DNA from: Candidatus Zixiibacteriota bacterium
Lineage (GTDB): Bacteria > Zixibacteria > MSB-5A5 > GN15 > FEB-12
Direction: 5' to 3'
DNA length: 43,362 bases
NCBI GenBank assembly: GCA_024278515.1
Contig: JAJRTA010000227.1
Location: 1 to 43,362, forward strand
The translations under genes were made by a program, and so were the position numbers. The notes below the pieces were generated by a model. It made no database searches. It worked only from the letters and a program-made list of their open reading frames with translations, and was not told where the DNA came from. Shown in pieces: positions 19,015-27,004 of the stretch (its first letter is position 1; the number at the start of each line of letters is the position of its first letter).

Positions 19015-19743
19015 TCAGGTACCGGCTGAAAGACGGCTGATCAGGTTTGACGGCAGTCTGGCCTCACTCATCTTGCGTTGGGCGTTCTCGATGTCATACT
19101 CGACACGGTGGAACTCTATCTCATATTCATCAGAATCGAATATAACGTAACAGGCCCGGGGGTCATTGTCGCGAGGCTGACCGACGGAACCGATATTTAT
19201 CAGATACCGTCTTTCCCGATCCGGCGATACATCGTGACCGGCCTGCATCCTGGTGGTTCCATCAGATTTTTCCTGGATGATTGTCGGAATATGTGAATGC
19301 CCGAAAAACCCGATGTTTTGAGAGAGATGCGAGAAAGCCTCGTCCGCGTCATTTTCTGTTAAAATATAATGCCATTCTTCCGGTTCGTAGGGTGAAGCGT
19401 GGACGAGGTACATATCGTCCAGGGATCGTTCCATTTCAAAATCGGCGATTATGGCCATGCTCTTGTCGTCCAGAACCTGTCGTGTCCATTCAGTAGCAGC
19501 CTGAGCCGCCCTGTTGAAGCTGTCGTAAGGCTGGACACCTATGGCAGCGTAGTCGTGATTTCCCATGAGGACAGTGTCGCACTGCTTCTTCACCATTTTC
19601 AGGCAGCGAGCCGGATCTGCGCCGTACCCGACGACATCTCCGAGGCAATGCACACTATCCACTTTCTGCTTTTCTATGTCCCGAAGTACGGCTGTAAGCG
19701 CTTCCAGGTTCCCATGGATATCGGAGATCAGGCCATACTTCAT
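19015..19743 (-). CDS. Calcineurin-like metallophosphoesterase (possible protein phosphatase partner of the kinase)
   Basis: MPP motifs: SDIHGN, GDVVGYG, GNHD, and GHSH followed by the distal GS motif. The ATG at 19743 overlaps the FHA gene stop (TGATG). The ORF-track start at 19746 is a TTG one codon upstream. Confidence 0.85.
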   Translation of the reverse strand: MKYGLISDIHGNLEALTAVLRDIEKQKVDSVHCLGDVVGYGADPARCLKMVKKQCDTVLMGNHDYAAIGVQPYDSFNRAAQAATEWTRQVLDDKSMAIIADFEMERSLDDMYLVHASPYEPEEWHYILTENDADEAFSHLSQNIGFFGHSHIPTIIQEKSDGTTRMQAGHDVSPDRERRYLINIGSVGQPRDNDPRACYVIFDSDEYEIEFHRVEYDIENAQRKMSEARLPSNLISRLSAGT

Positions 19744-20438
19744 CAATTTTTACCTTCCACGAATTTGAATACTGTTTTGCCGACAGTAATCAGATCGCCG
19801 TTTTTAAGAACACTCTGCGTTGTTGGTTCGCCGTTTACCTTTAGTTTCCCCTGTTTGCCGAGATTGACGATCGAGAAAACCTGTCCCTCTTTCACTATTT
19901 TGGCCTGGATGCCGGACAGAAAGAAACCTTTGGCTCTGATATGCACAAACTTGGCTTTGCCTACCGTCGAAACCTCGCGATCCAGACGGTACTCTGAGAA
20001 ATCGGCGTTTTCCATACCCAGAAGAACCGAGCCGCCGTATTTTTCAACAATCTTCCGCTCGATTCTGTCGTTTTCCAGCAATTTCTTCTGTTGCCTGGTG
20101 TTGAGCACCATGGTGCCGTCATAACTGGCCGGATCACTGCCTTCCTGGCTGGTTTCGGTGTTGTATATCAGGGAATACTTGCCGATGGTGATGATATCCT
20201 GGTCACGCAGGACTTCTTCTGAAACCTTACGACTGTTAACAAAGGTGCCGTTGAGCGATTCGTTATCGATCAGGACGGCCGCTTTGTCGTTAAACTCGAT
20301 CAAAGCATGTTTACGAGATACGCCGCGATTTTCCAGGACTATGTCGTTGTCATTCCCGCGTCCGATGGAGATACGCTTTTTCTCCGTAACTACGCGCTCA
20401 ATGACCTTATCCTCATACTTTACAGTAATCTCCGGCAT
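19743..20438 (-). CDS. FHA domain protein (canonical N-terminal FHA plus degenerate C-terminal FHA-like domain)
   Basis: The N-terminal domain has the FHA signature (ISIGRGNDNDIVLENRGVSRKHALIEF...NGTFVN...ITIG). The C-terminal half (STVGK...IVNLGKQGKLKVNGEP...ITVGKTVFKF) has the FHA fold pattern but lacks the SR-x-H phosphopeptide residues. AAGGA RBS. Confidence 0.88.
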   Translation of the reverse strand: MPEITVKYEDKVIERVVTEKKRISIGRGNDNDIVLENRGVSRKHALIEFNDKAAVLIDNESLNGTFVNSRKVSEEVLRDQDIITIGKYSLIYNTETSQEGSDPASYDGTMVLNTRQQKKLLENDRIERKIVEKYGGSVLLGMENADFSEYRLDREVSTVGKAKFVHIRAKGFFLSGIQAKIVKEGQVFSIVNLGKQGKLKVNGEPTTQSVLKNGDLITVGKTVFKFVEGKN

Positions 20439-20566
20439 GAGAGAATCCTTTCGTGTATGGACCGAACTTTTTACTTAAGCCTAATGCTTTCTTGTGTCTG
20501 GCCATCCATAGCCGGAAGTCGATGCACGCCCTTGCTGTACATACGACACATGCTTATATTGTCGGC

Positions 20567-21550
20567 ATGAGAATAGGAAATCTGAACCTGAACGGCAGGG
20601 TGCTTTCGGCCCCACTGGCCGGTGTTTCCAACCGTCCGTTCAGGGTTATGGCGATACAGGCGAAGGCGGCTGTGACCTTTACGGAAATGATTTCCTCCGA
20701 GGGTCTTATACGGAATCAGGCCAGAACCCGTGAGATGATGGCCTTCCGGGAGGACGAACGACCGATAGGAATACAGCTTTTCGGAGCCAACCCGGAATCG
20801 ATGAGAAAAGCCGCTGAGATTACAGTCCGGGATTTCAAGCCGGACCTGGTAGATATCAACTTCGGCTGCCCGGTCAAAAAGGTAGTCAATAAAAACGGCG
20901 GGGCAGCGGTACTGAAGGATCTGGGCCTTACCCGTGAGATAATCGCGGCGACGGTTGAAGGGGCGGGAGAAACGCCGGTCAGTATCAAGATCCGAACCGG
21001 GTGGAAGGACGATCATCCGGTTTTTGTCGAGGTTGGTCGGATAGCTCAGAAGTGCGGCGTTGCGGCTGTGACTCTGCACGCAAGAAGCCGATCGAAAGGG
21101 TTCTCCGGTAAGGCCGAGTGGACAGCTATCAAAGAACTCAAAGATTCAGTTGATATAACGGTAATCGGTAACGGCGATGTTCGTACGCCCGAAGATGCGC
21201 GCCGTATGCTTGAAGAGACAGGCTGTGACGGGGTTATGGTGGGCCGTGCGGCCCTGGGGAATCCTGACATTTTTCGGCAGATGCATTATTTCATCGAGAC
21301 GGGAGAACCGCCCGCAGAGCCAACAATAGCCGACAGTATCGCCATCGCTCGAAAACATGCCTCGCTCATGGTGGCGGAGTATGGTGAGCCGCGCGGTATT
21401 GTCAAAATGCGTCGTTATCTCGGCTGGTATACAAGAGGATTCCCCGGAGCTTCGAGTTTACGCCCGAAGCTGTTTCAGATCAGTACAATGGCCGATATTG
21501 ACGATATCTTTTCCGATTATCTGTCTGCCCTGCGTGTACGACGGAGTTGA
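20567..21550 (+). CDS. dusB: tRNA-dihydrouridine synthase (DusB-like)
   Basis: LAPLAGVSNRPFR, DINFGCP (catalytic Cys), HARSR and TVIGNGDV motifs. ATG at 20567 (MRIGNLNL...) is preferred over the ORF-track start at 20453. Confidence 0.9.
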   Translation: MRIGNLNLNGRVLSAPLAGVSNRPFRVMAIQAKAAVTFTEMISSEGLIRNQARTREMMAFREDERPIGIQLFGANPESMRKAAEITVRDFKPDLVDINFGCPVKKVVNKNGGAAVLKDLGLTREIIAATVEGAGETPVSIKIRTGWKDDHPVFVEVGRIAQKCGVAAVTLHARSRSKGFSGKAEWTAIKELKDSVDITVIGNGDVRTPEDARRMLEETGCDGVMVGRAALGNPDIFRQMHYFIETGEPPAEPTIADSIAIARKHASLMVAEYGEPRGIVKMRRYLGWYTRGFPGASSLRPKLFQISTMADIDDIFSDYLSALRVRRS

Positions 21551-21641
21551 CCTGTCATGGGGTTGTTCTCAGTTCTTGATTCTCCATAGAAGAAGTTCAG
21601 TAAGGGAAATTGGTAACTCTGTCTGACGGTGGTCGGACCGG

Positions 21642-23558
21642 TCACGCCGGTTGTGAAATGACAGGGGAGGATTCTTTGCCGTCTAATGATCCATCCAAGC
21701 ACTGTGACCAGATGCTGTACATTTCGTCCGATCTCGTACGAGAGTTGATTACTGGGTCGGCTGTTCCTTTGCGAATCATCTCGGCAAAGCGTTTCAACAG
21801 TACGGCATCGAACATTTTGCCGGAGTCTTCTTCCATGATGCTCAGAGCTTTTTCAGTGTCAAAGGCGGCGCGATAGACCCGGTCGGAGGTGAGGGCGTCG
21901 AATACGTCGGCGATACAGATAATCCGCGCCCCCAAAGGTATATCCTCGCCTTTCAGTCTCTGAGGATAGCCGCGGCCGTCGATTCGTTCATGGTGACCGA
22001 GGATCAGCGGTTTAACATCCCAGGGAAAGTCTTTTCCTTTAAGTATTTCGACTCCAAGTTGAGGATGTTTTTTGATCTCTTTGTATTCGTCGTCAGTCAG
22101 TTTGCCGGCTTTTTTGAGGATCCCATCATCGATTTTGATTTTTCCGATATCGTGCAACAGAGCCGCCGCCACGACAGTTTTAAGGGCGGTGCCGCGAAGG
22201 CCGACCTCCCGGGCCAGCAGGAGCGACAATGATGAGACACGATCAGAATGGCCTTTGGTATACTTGTCCTTGTGGTCAACCTCTCGGGCCATTGTATCGA
22301 AGATGTTGAGGTACAACTTCTCAACTGAATCGATAACCTGTTCCGTCTGTTCGCGTTTGCCCTCAGCGTGCAGGGTGTTATAGATTCGGTAAGATGATTC
22401 CAGATCATTGAGAGCGTCGAAATGACGGTCCCTCGCGGCATAGAGTTTACCTCTTTCCAGAAGGACTTCTGCTTCGAGGAACTGGGTTCCCACTTCCCGG
22501 GCGGTCTCCAGCGCCTGGTTGAACTGCCTGAGCGCCGTCTCGAATTGCTGTTCTTCGAATGCGATCTTCCCGGCTATTTTCTGTGTTTCCACCAGATGTC
22601 CGTTCTTAAGCCCGGATTCCAGTAAGTACTGTTCGGCTTTGCGACAGTGATGCTTAGCTTCGGTTAGAGAATCTTTTTGTAGATACAGGTCAGCAAGGTT
22701 AATGTCAACGATCAGAGTGAGAGAAGCATCCTTGATGCTTGCGGCGGTTTTGTAAGCGCGGCGAAAGTACTCAAACGCTTCCTGTTTCATCCCTTGTTCG
22801 GCGAATGAAATAGCGAGATTATTTTCGGTGTAGGCTGTTTTTCTGATCTCGTCGTGCGCTTTATAAATATTCAGGGATTCGAGGTAGTGGGTGAGGGCTT
22901 CCCGGCGATTGCCTTTCATGTTCAGGATCGTGCCGAGGTTGTTGACCATGTCTGCATACAGGATCTTGTCATCGGTCTTTCTGGCCTGTTCGATGGCGTT
23001 GTGGTAAGTGACCTCGGCTTCTTCGAATTCGCCAAGCTCGACATAAACCACCCCGAGGTTTCTTAACGCTTTACAGATACCCACCTGGTCGCCAAGCCGG
23101 CGATAGGCTCCGATAGCTCTCTGGAGATAGCCCAGCGCGCGGTCATAGTCGCCACGCCTGGCCAGGAGCTGTCCGATCTGAACAAATGTCTCCGAGCGGG
23201 TCTTGAGCTGGTCGGAATCACGACAATACTCGAGTGTCTTCTGGTATTCGGAAATAGCCGAGTCAAGTTTACCCTGAGATGAATACGCTTTGCCCTTCTC
23301 CAGATGAAGCTCGATACGCAACTCTTTCGAGAAATCGGGCAGATCCTTGGTGTTCCAGATTTCCTCCAGAGTACACAGGTAGTCTATGGCCCGGTCGAAT
23401 TCGAATGACGAATTGGCTTTTTTAGCCAGAGTCATCAGATTACTTATAGTAGCGACCCAATCCGACTTCTCGCCGGATTGGGTGCTGTTCGGAAGTTGTA
23501 GGTGAGAGTCGTTGCTCATCGACTCCCCGCTCCGGCAATTGTTGTTGACCTTATTCAT
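21642..23558 (-). CDS. TPR-repeat protein with C-terminal HD-GYP domain (cyclic-di-nucleotide phosphodiesterase-like)
   Basis: The N-terminal ~400 aa are TPR-like repeats. The C-terminus has HSDRVSSL, LLHDIGKI and HHERIDGRGYP (the HD-GYP signature). The 23558 start overlaps the upstream TPR gene by 8 nt. An alternative ATG lies at 23519. Confidence 0.88.
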   Translation of the reverse strand: MNKVNNNCRSGESMSNDSHLQLPNSTQSGEKSDWVATISNLMTLAKKANSSFEFDRAIDYLCTLEEIWNTKDLPDFSKELRIELHLEKGKAYSSQGKLDSAISEYQKTLEYCRDSDQLKTRSETFVQIGQLLARRGDYDRALGYLQRAIGAYRRLGDQVGICKALRNLGVVYVELGEFEEAEVTYHNAIEQARKTDDKILYADMVNNLGTILNMKGNRREALTHYLESLNIYKAHDEIRKTAYTENNLAISFAEQGMKQEAFEYFRRAYKTAASIKDASLTLIVDINLADLYLQKDSLTEAKHHCRKAEQYLLESGLKNGHLVETQKIAGKIAFEEQQFETALRQFNQALETAREVGTQFLEAEVLLERGKLYAARDRHFDALNDLESSYRIYNTLHAEGKREQTEQVIDSVEKLYLNIFDTMAREVDHKDKYTKGHSDRVSSLSLLLAREVGLRGTALKTVVAAALLHDIGKIKIDDGILKKAGKLTDDEYKEIKKHPQLGVEILKGKDFPWDVKPLILGHHERIDGRGYPQRLKGEDIPLGARIICIADVFDALTSDRVYRAAFDTEKALSIMEEDSGKMFDAVLLKRFAEMIRKGTADPVINSRTRSDEMYSIWSQCLDGSLDGKESSPVISQPA

Positions 23559-24618
23559 CCTTTCGGCTTTTCAGTCGGTTCAGGGTCTGTATTGCTTCCT
23601 GAAACTGGTGATCCATTCCCATCTGTCGAAACAGGCTGGCGGCAGCGTTAAGTTTAACAGCCGCTTGTTCGGTTTCGCCGATCTCCCTGGCCAGTTGACC
23701 CTGCTCAAAAAGTGCTTCCGCCTCCAGAGCATGAAGGTCGTTTTGGCGGGCAATCTTACATGTCTGCTCCAGCAATTCCGAAGCCGCTTCCAGGTGCCCC
23801 ATGGCTCGAAGAATACGGCAGTCGATAATGTTGAGTTCGGTTGTCAACGCGATAGAATTTAGTCCGGGGAGGATCTTTCTGGCGGTATCGATTACGGATT
23901 TAGCCAGACTGGTCTGCTTTTGCGCATAGTATGATTTGGCAATGTTCTGATAGCAGATTTCCACCAGGTGCAAATCTTTCTCGGTCAGGGCGATGGCCAA
24001 TGCCCTGTTAAGATTGCCGATTGCTTCTGAGTAGTCACCAAGTTCCGTCAAGGCAAGGCCTATATTGAGCAGGACATAACCTTGGCGAATACTATTCCCG
24101 GAACTTTCAAAGTCGGATAAGCAGAGCCTGAAGACCTTGATGGCTTCCCGATGATTACCGGTCGCAGACTTTATTGCACCGAGGGTATTCAATATTGTAG
24201 CTCTCAACTGATAGTTGGAAATCTCTGTTGCCCACTGTAACGCCAGTTGACATAGTTCTTCTGATTTTCCATAGTCACCCTGTTGAAAAAAGGCGTTGGC
24301 GCGATTGCGCGCGCACTCGGCGGCACCCTGCAGGTTATCAATGCATTTGAAAACACGCTGGGCTTCAAGGTAAAAAGCTTCCGCCTGCTCCCATTCGGAC
24401 TGCATCATGTGGGTGCGTCCGGTCTCTTTAAGAATGCTCGCGCGAATCTGCTCGTCTTTCTCTGCTTCTGGAGAAGTGATGGCAGACTTCAGAAGATCTA
24501 TCGCTACTACCGGATTTCCTTGCTGGAGCCAACCCCGGGCGAGTTCAAGCAGCGTCACACCGTCGGTGATGCCCGACTCTGATTCGCGGCTTGCGGGTTT
24601 TGTAGTCAGCTCGTTCAT
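23551..24618 (-). CDS. TPR-repeat protein (355 aa)
   Basis: Repeated 34-aa TPR-like units (A..Y...L........A...LG.....G.Y..A) run through most of the protein. ATG at 24618 (MNELTTKPA) is preferred, because the ORF-track start at 24738 would overlap the upstream lipoprotein gene by 79 nt. Confidence 0.8.
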   Translation of the reverse strand: MNELTTKPASRESESGITDGVTLLELARGWLQQGNPVVAIDLLKSAITSPEAEKDEQIRASILKETGRTHMMQSEWEQAEAFYLEAQRVFKCIDNLQGAAECARNRANAFFQQGDYGKSEELCQLALQWATEISNYQLRATILNTLGAIKSATGNHREAIKVFRLCLSDFESSGNSIRQGYVLLNIGLALTELGDYSEAIGNLNRALAIALTEKDLHLVEICYQNIAKSYYAQKQTSLAKSVIDTARKILPGLNSIALTTELNIIDCRILRAMGHLEAASELLEQTCKIARQNDLHALEAEALFEQGQLAREIGETEQAAVKLNAAASLFRQMGMDHQFQEAIQTLNRLKSRKDE

Positions 24619-24659
24619 TGTATTTTCCACTTTTTGGTTTAAGCGGTTAGAGGTATTCC

Positions 24660-25202
24660 TTAGTCTGAAATCAAACCGTAGGCCGAGAAATGGTTCAGGT
24701 AGCCGGTGACAGTCTTGTTTACACGATCGACAACACAATTGACATCCTGCATCTGGCCGGACGTTTCATCAATCCATACAATACGAATGGTTGACTCGTT
24801 GACATTGGTCAGGTCAGCGTCGCGGTAAGACATAGTGACCTTGACCGGTCGATCGAACACCAAACCGTCGGTGCCGAAGTCATTGTAGAATACGTTAGGA
24901 TCAGGTATTGTAATACTGAACAGAGTATCGTTGGGAGTTGCTCCGGCCGGAACGCTGAGCGTTACATCATGAAGTGAAAGTTCTCCGCCGGTTGCGGACG
25001 AGATAACTGCTTCACCGTACATCGGCATGGGTGAAAACATCGGGGAACCATCGGGGGCAGACGCCCGGGTTAGCAACTTAGGTTCGACGGGGGCATTGTC
25101 GGTGCTCAGCGGGCTGCGCGAGCAGCCGGCTACCAGCGCCAGAGCGAATATGGCGATCACGGCGAGGATGAACGACAATTGATTGAGGTGACGATTACGC
25201 AT
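24660..25202 (-). CDS. Lipoprotein of unknown function with ZU5-like beta-sandwich pattern ending in HFS
   Basis: Lipobox LALVAG|CS after a charged N-terminus. AAGGAG RBS 7 nt before the ATG at 25202 (the ORF-track start at 25208 is TTG). The mature part shows GGELSLHDVTLSVPAGA...GLVFDRPVKVTMSY...IRIVWIDE...VTGYLNHFSAYGL. Confidence 0.8.
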   Translation of the reverse strand: MRNRHLNQLSFILAVIAIFALALVAGCSRSPLSTDNAPVEPKLLTRASAPDGSPMFSPMPMYGEAVISSATGGELSLHDVTLSVPAGATPNDTLFSITIPDPNVFYNDFGTDGLVFDRPVKVTMSYRDADLTNVNESTIRIVWIDETSGQMQDVNCVVDRVNKTVTGYLNHFSAYGLISD

Positions 25203-25263
25203 GTGCAAACTCCTTGATTTTAGTGCCTGAACACTATTTGTTGTTCAATCTGCCGGACTTATT

Positions 25264-25279
25264 TGCAAGGTTGATGCCG
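25264..25279 (-). promoter_or_regulatory. Candidate sigma-54 (-24/-12) promoter
   Basis: The minus strand reads 5'-CGGCAT-CAACC-TTGCA-3', against the consensus TGGCAC-N5-TTGCW. The GG-to-GC spacing is exact. It lies ~60 nt upstream of the lipoprotein ATG and directly downstream of the sigma-54 activator gene. Confidence 0.5.
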
Positions 25280-25467
25280 ACGGTTGCTTTTTCAGGTAAA
25301 TCTAAGCAGGGGAATGACTTGTCGGGCGGATTCGCTTACTGATTATAAGCCGGGACTTGACGGTCTTCGGAACAAATCATTCCAGTGGATCGGCTATATG
25401 GGTGGATTCGGGTTGATACACGGGGAGTTAGGGCGAGTTTTTCCGTTTGGAACGAATTGTACCGATA

Positions 25468-26844
25468 TTACGTTGATCGGCGGTTTTGTTCCAGTTCGGC
25501 GTCACCAATGATACGTCTCAGTCGGGGTCGTGAAATGTTCAGAAATTTGGCGGTTTCTGATTTGTTCCACTGAAACATATTGAGAACCTGAAGAACGATA
25601 TTTTTTTCAATCTCGCTTAATGATAATCCCTGAGCGGGGATGTCAATCGTGATTTGTCGACGATCGGCCGGAGTAATCCGGCTGTTGGAAAAAGCGCTTT
25701 TTATGTCCTTTGGTCTGATAATCTTATTCCCGGCCAGCAAAACGGCGCGTTCAATTACGTTGCTGAGTTCACGTATGTTGCCGGGCCAGTGATATTTTTC
25801 CATTAGGGACAGGGCTTTATCATCCAAAGTTGTATTTGGTTTACAGTATAAGGTAGAAAAGTATTTCAGGAAGTGTTTGACAGAACAACCAATATCTTCA
25901 GGCCTCTCACGTAACGGCGGAACCTCGATAGTAAGCAGATTCAACCGGTAGTACAGATCCTCCCTAAATGCCCCTTCTTTTATAGCCTCATGAAGATCGA
26001 GATTGGTTGCCGTTACAACCCTGACATCGATATCTACCTCTTCAACCTCCCCCACTTTTCTGAGCTTCTTGTCTTCGAGGACTTTCAGCAGTTTCGCCTG
26101 GGCCGCCGGTGAAAGGTTGCCTACTTCGTCAAGGAACAGGGTGCCGTGCTGAGCATATTCAAACAACCCCATTTTTGCACGCTTGGCGTCTGTAAAGGCG
26201 CCGCGGGAGTGTCCGAACAGTTCAGTTTCAAACAGATCATCCGGGATGGCTGAACAGTTTACTTCAACCAGATTGCTGGCCGCTCTGGTACCGGTGTGGT
26301 GGAGTATTTTGGATATCAGGCTCTTTCCTGAACCTGTTTCACCGAGAATGAGAGCGCTTGGGAAATCGACCTCGGACAGAGCGGTGATGGTTTTTCTAAT
26401 TCCGGCCATCTGAGGAGAGTCCCCGACAAGGGCATCGATACCGTATCTGGTTGACGTGGCTACAGTTTCAGGAGGTTGCTTTTCAATCTCCCTGAGAAAC
26501 TTATGTAAACGTGACAGGCACTGTTCGCCTGTTAATATCTCAGCGACACCGAATTTTGAAACTCGTTGCGACAACTTTAGGGTAGGGTTGGATGATTTCC
26601 CTACAACCGTGGTGCTCGAACCTGAAGTGGCTACAGACATGAGAAACTTCGGGGCGGCCAGGTCGGGATCATCGAGATCGACGAACACCAATGAGACTCC
26701 GGAATCGGCCTCATAGGGCACCGGCTTACTTTCCCAGGAGATTACGCTGCCCCGATCGGATGCCTCGCTCTCTATTTCACGCCGCGCTTCCGAATCCAGG
26801 ACGTTGCCATATAGTATGGTTTTGCGGGTAGTTGTTTCAGCCAT
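25468..26844 (-). CDS. Sigma-54-dependent transcriptional activator (bEBP, NtrC family) with atypical N-terminal domain
   Basis: AAA+ sigma-54 interaction domain: Walker A GETGSGKS, ETELFGH, the GAFTDA loop (GAFTGA variant), Walker B LFLDEV and WPGNIREL. C-terminal Fis-type HTH (NKSETAKFLNISRPRLRR). The N-terminal ~125 aa are only weakly receiver-like. Confidence 0.92.
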   Translation of the reverse strand: MAETTTRKTILYGNVLDSEARREIESEASDRGSVISWESKPVPYEADSGVSLVFVDLDDPDLAAPKFLMSVATSGSSTTVVGKSSNPTLKLSQRVSKFGVAEILTGEQCLSRLHKFLREIEKQPPETVATSTRYGIDALVGDSPQMAGIRKTITALSEVDFPSALILGETGSGKSLISKILHHTGTRAASNLVEVNCSAIPDDLFETELFGHSRGAFTDAKRAKMGLFEYAQHGTLFLDEVGNLSPAAQAKLLKVLEDKKLRKVGEVEEVDIDVRVVTATNLDLHEAIKEGAFREDLYYRLNLLTIEVPPLRERPEDIGCSVKHFLKYFSTLYCKPNTTLDDKALSLMEKYHWPGNIRELSNVIERAVLLAGNKIIRPKDIKSAFSNSRITPADRRQITIDIPAQGLSLSEIEKNIVLQVLNMFQWNKSETAKFLNISRPRLRRIIGDAELEQNRRST

Positions 26845-26942
26845 ATAGTGTCGGTATCGGCTGATCGAAACGATACTTGAAAAAACCTCCCGCGACCTTT
26901 TGTTGATTATGAGTATTCCGGAAAAATATGGCGGTTCCTTCT

Positions 26943-26976
26943 GAAGAAAACGGCCGCCTGTTCAGGCGGCCGTTTT
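26943..26976 (-). terminator. Rho-independent terminator downstream of the S1 protease gene
   Basis: Perfect hairpin ACGGCCGCC-tgttca-GGCGGCCGT (26950-26973). On the minus strand it is followed by TTTTCTTC. It lies 30 nt past the stop at 27005. Confidence 0.8.
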
Positions 26977-27004
26977 GTATGTGAAGTATTCTTTATCGAA
27001 TAGC

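Noticed and set aside
24660-24690. HFS at the lipoprotein C-terminus as a functional autoproteolytic site, as in PIDD or Nup98.
   Set aside because: Cleavage would release only an 8-residue peptide, and no downstream UPA or death-like domain exists. The motif is more likely a fold relic, so only the ZU5-like resemblance is reported.
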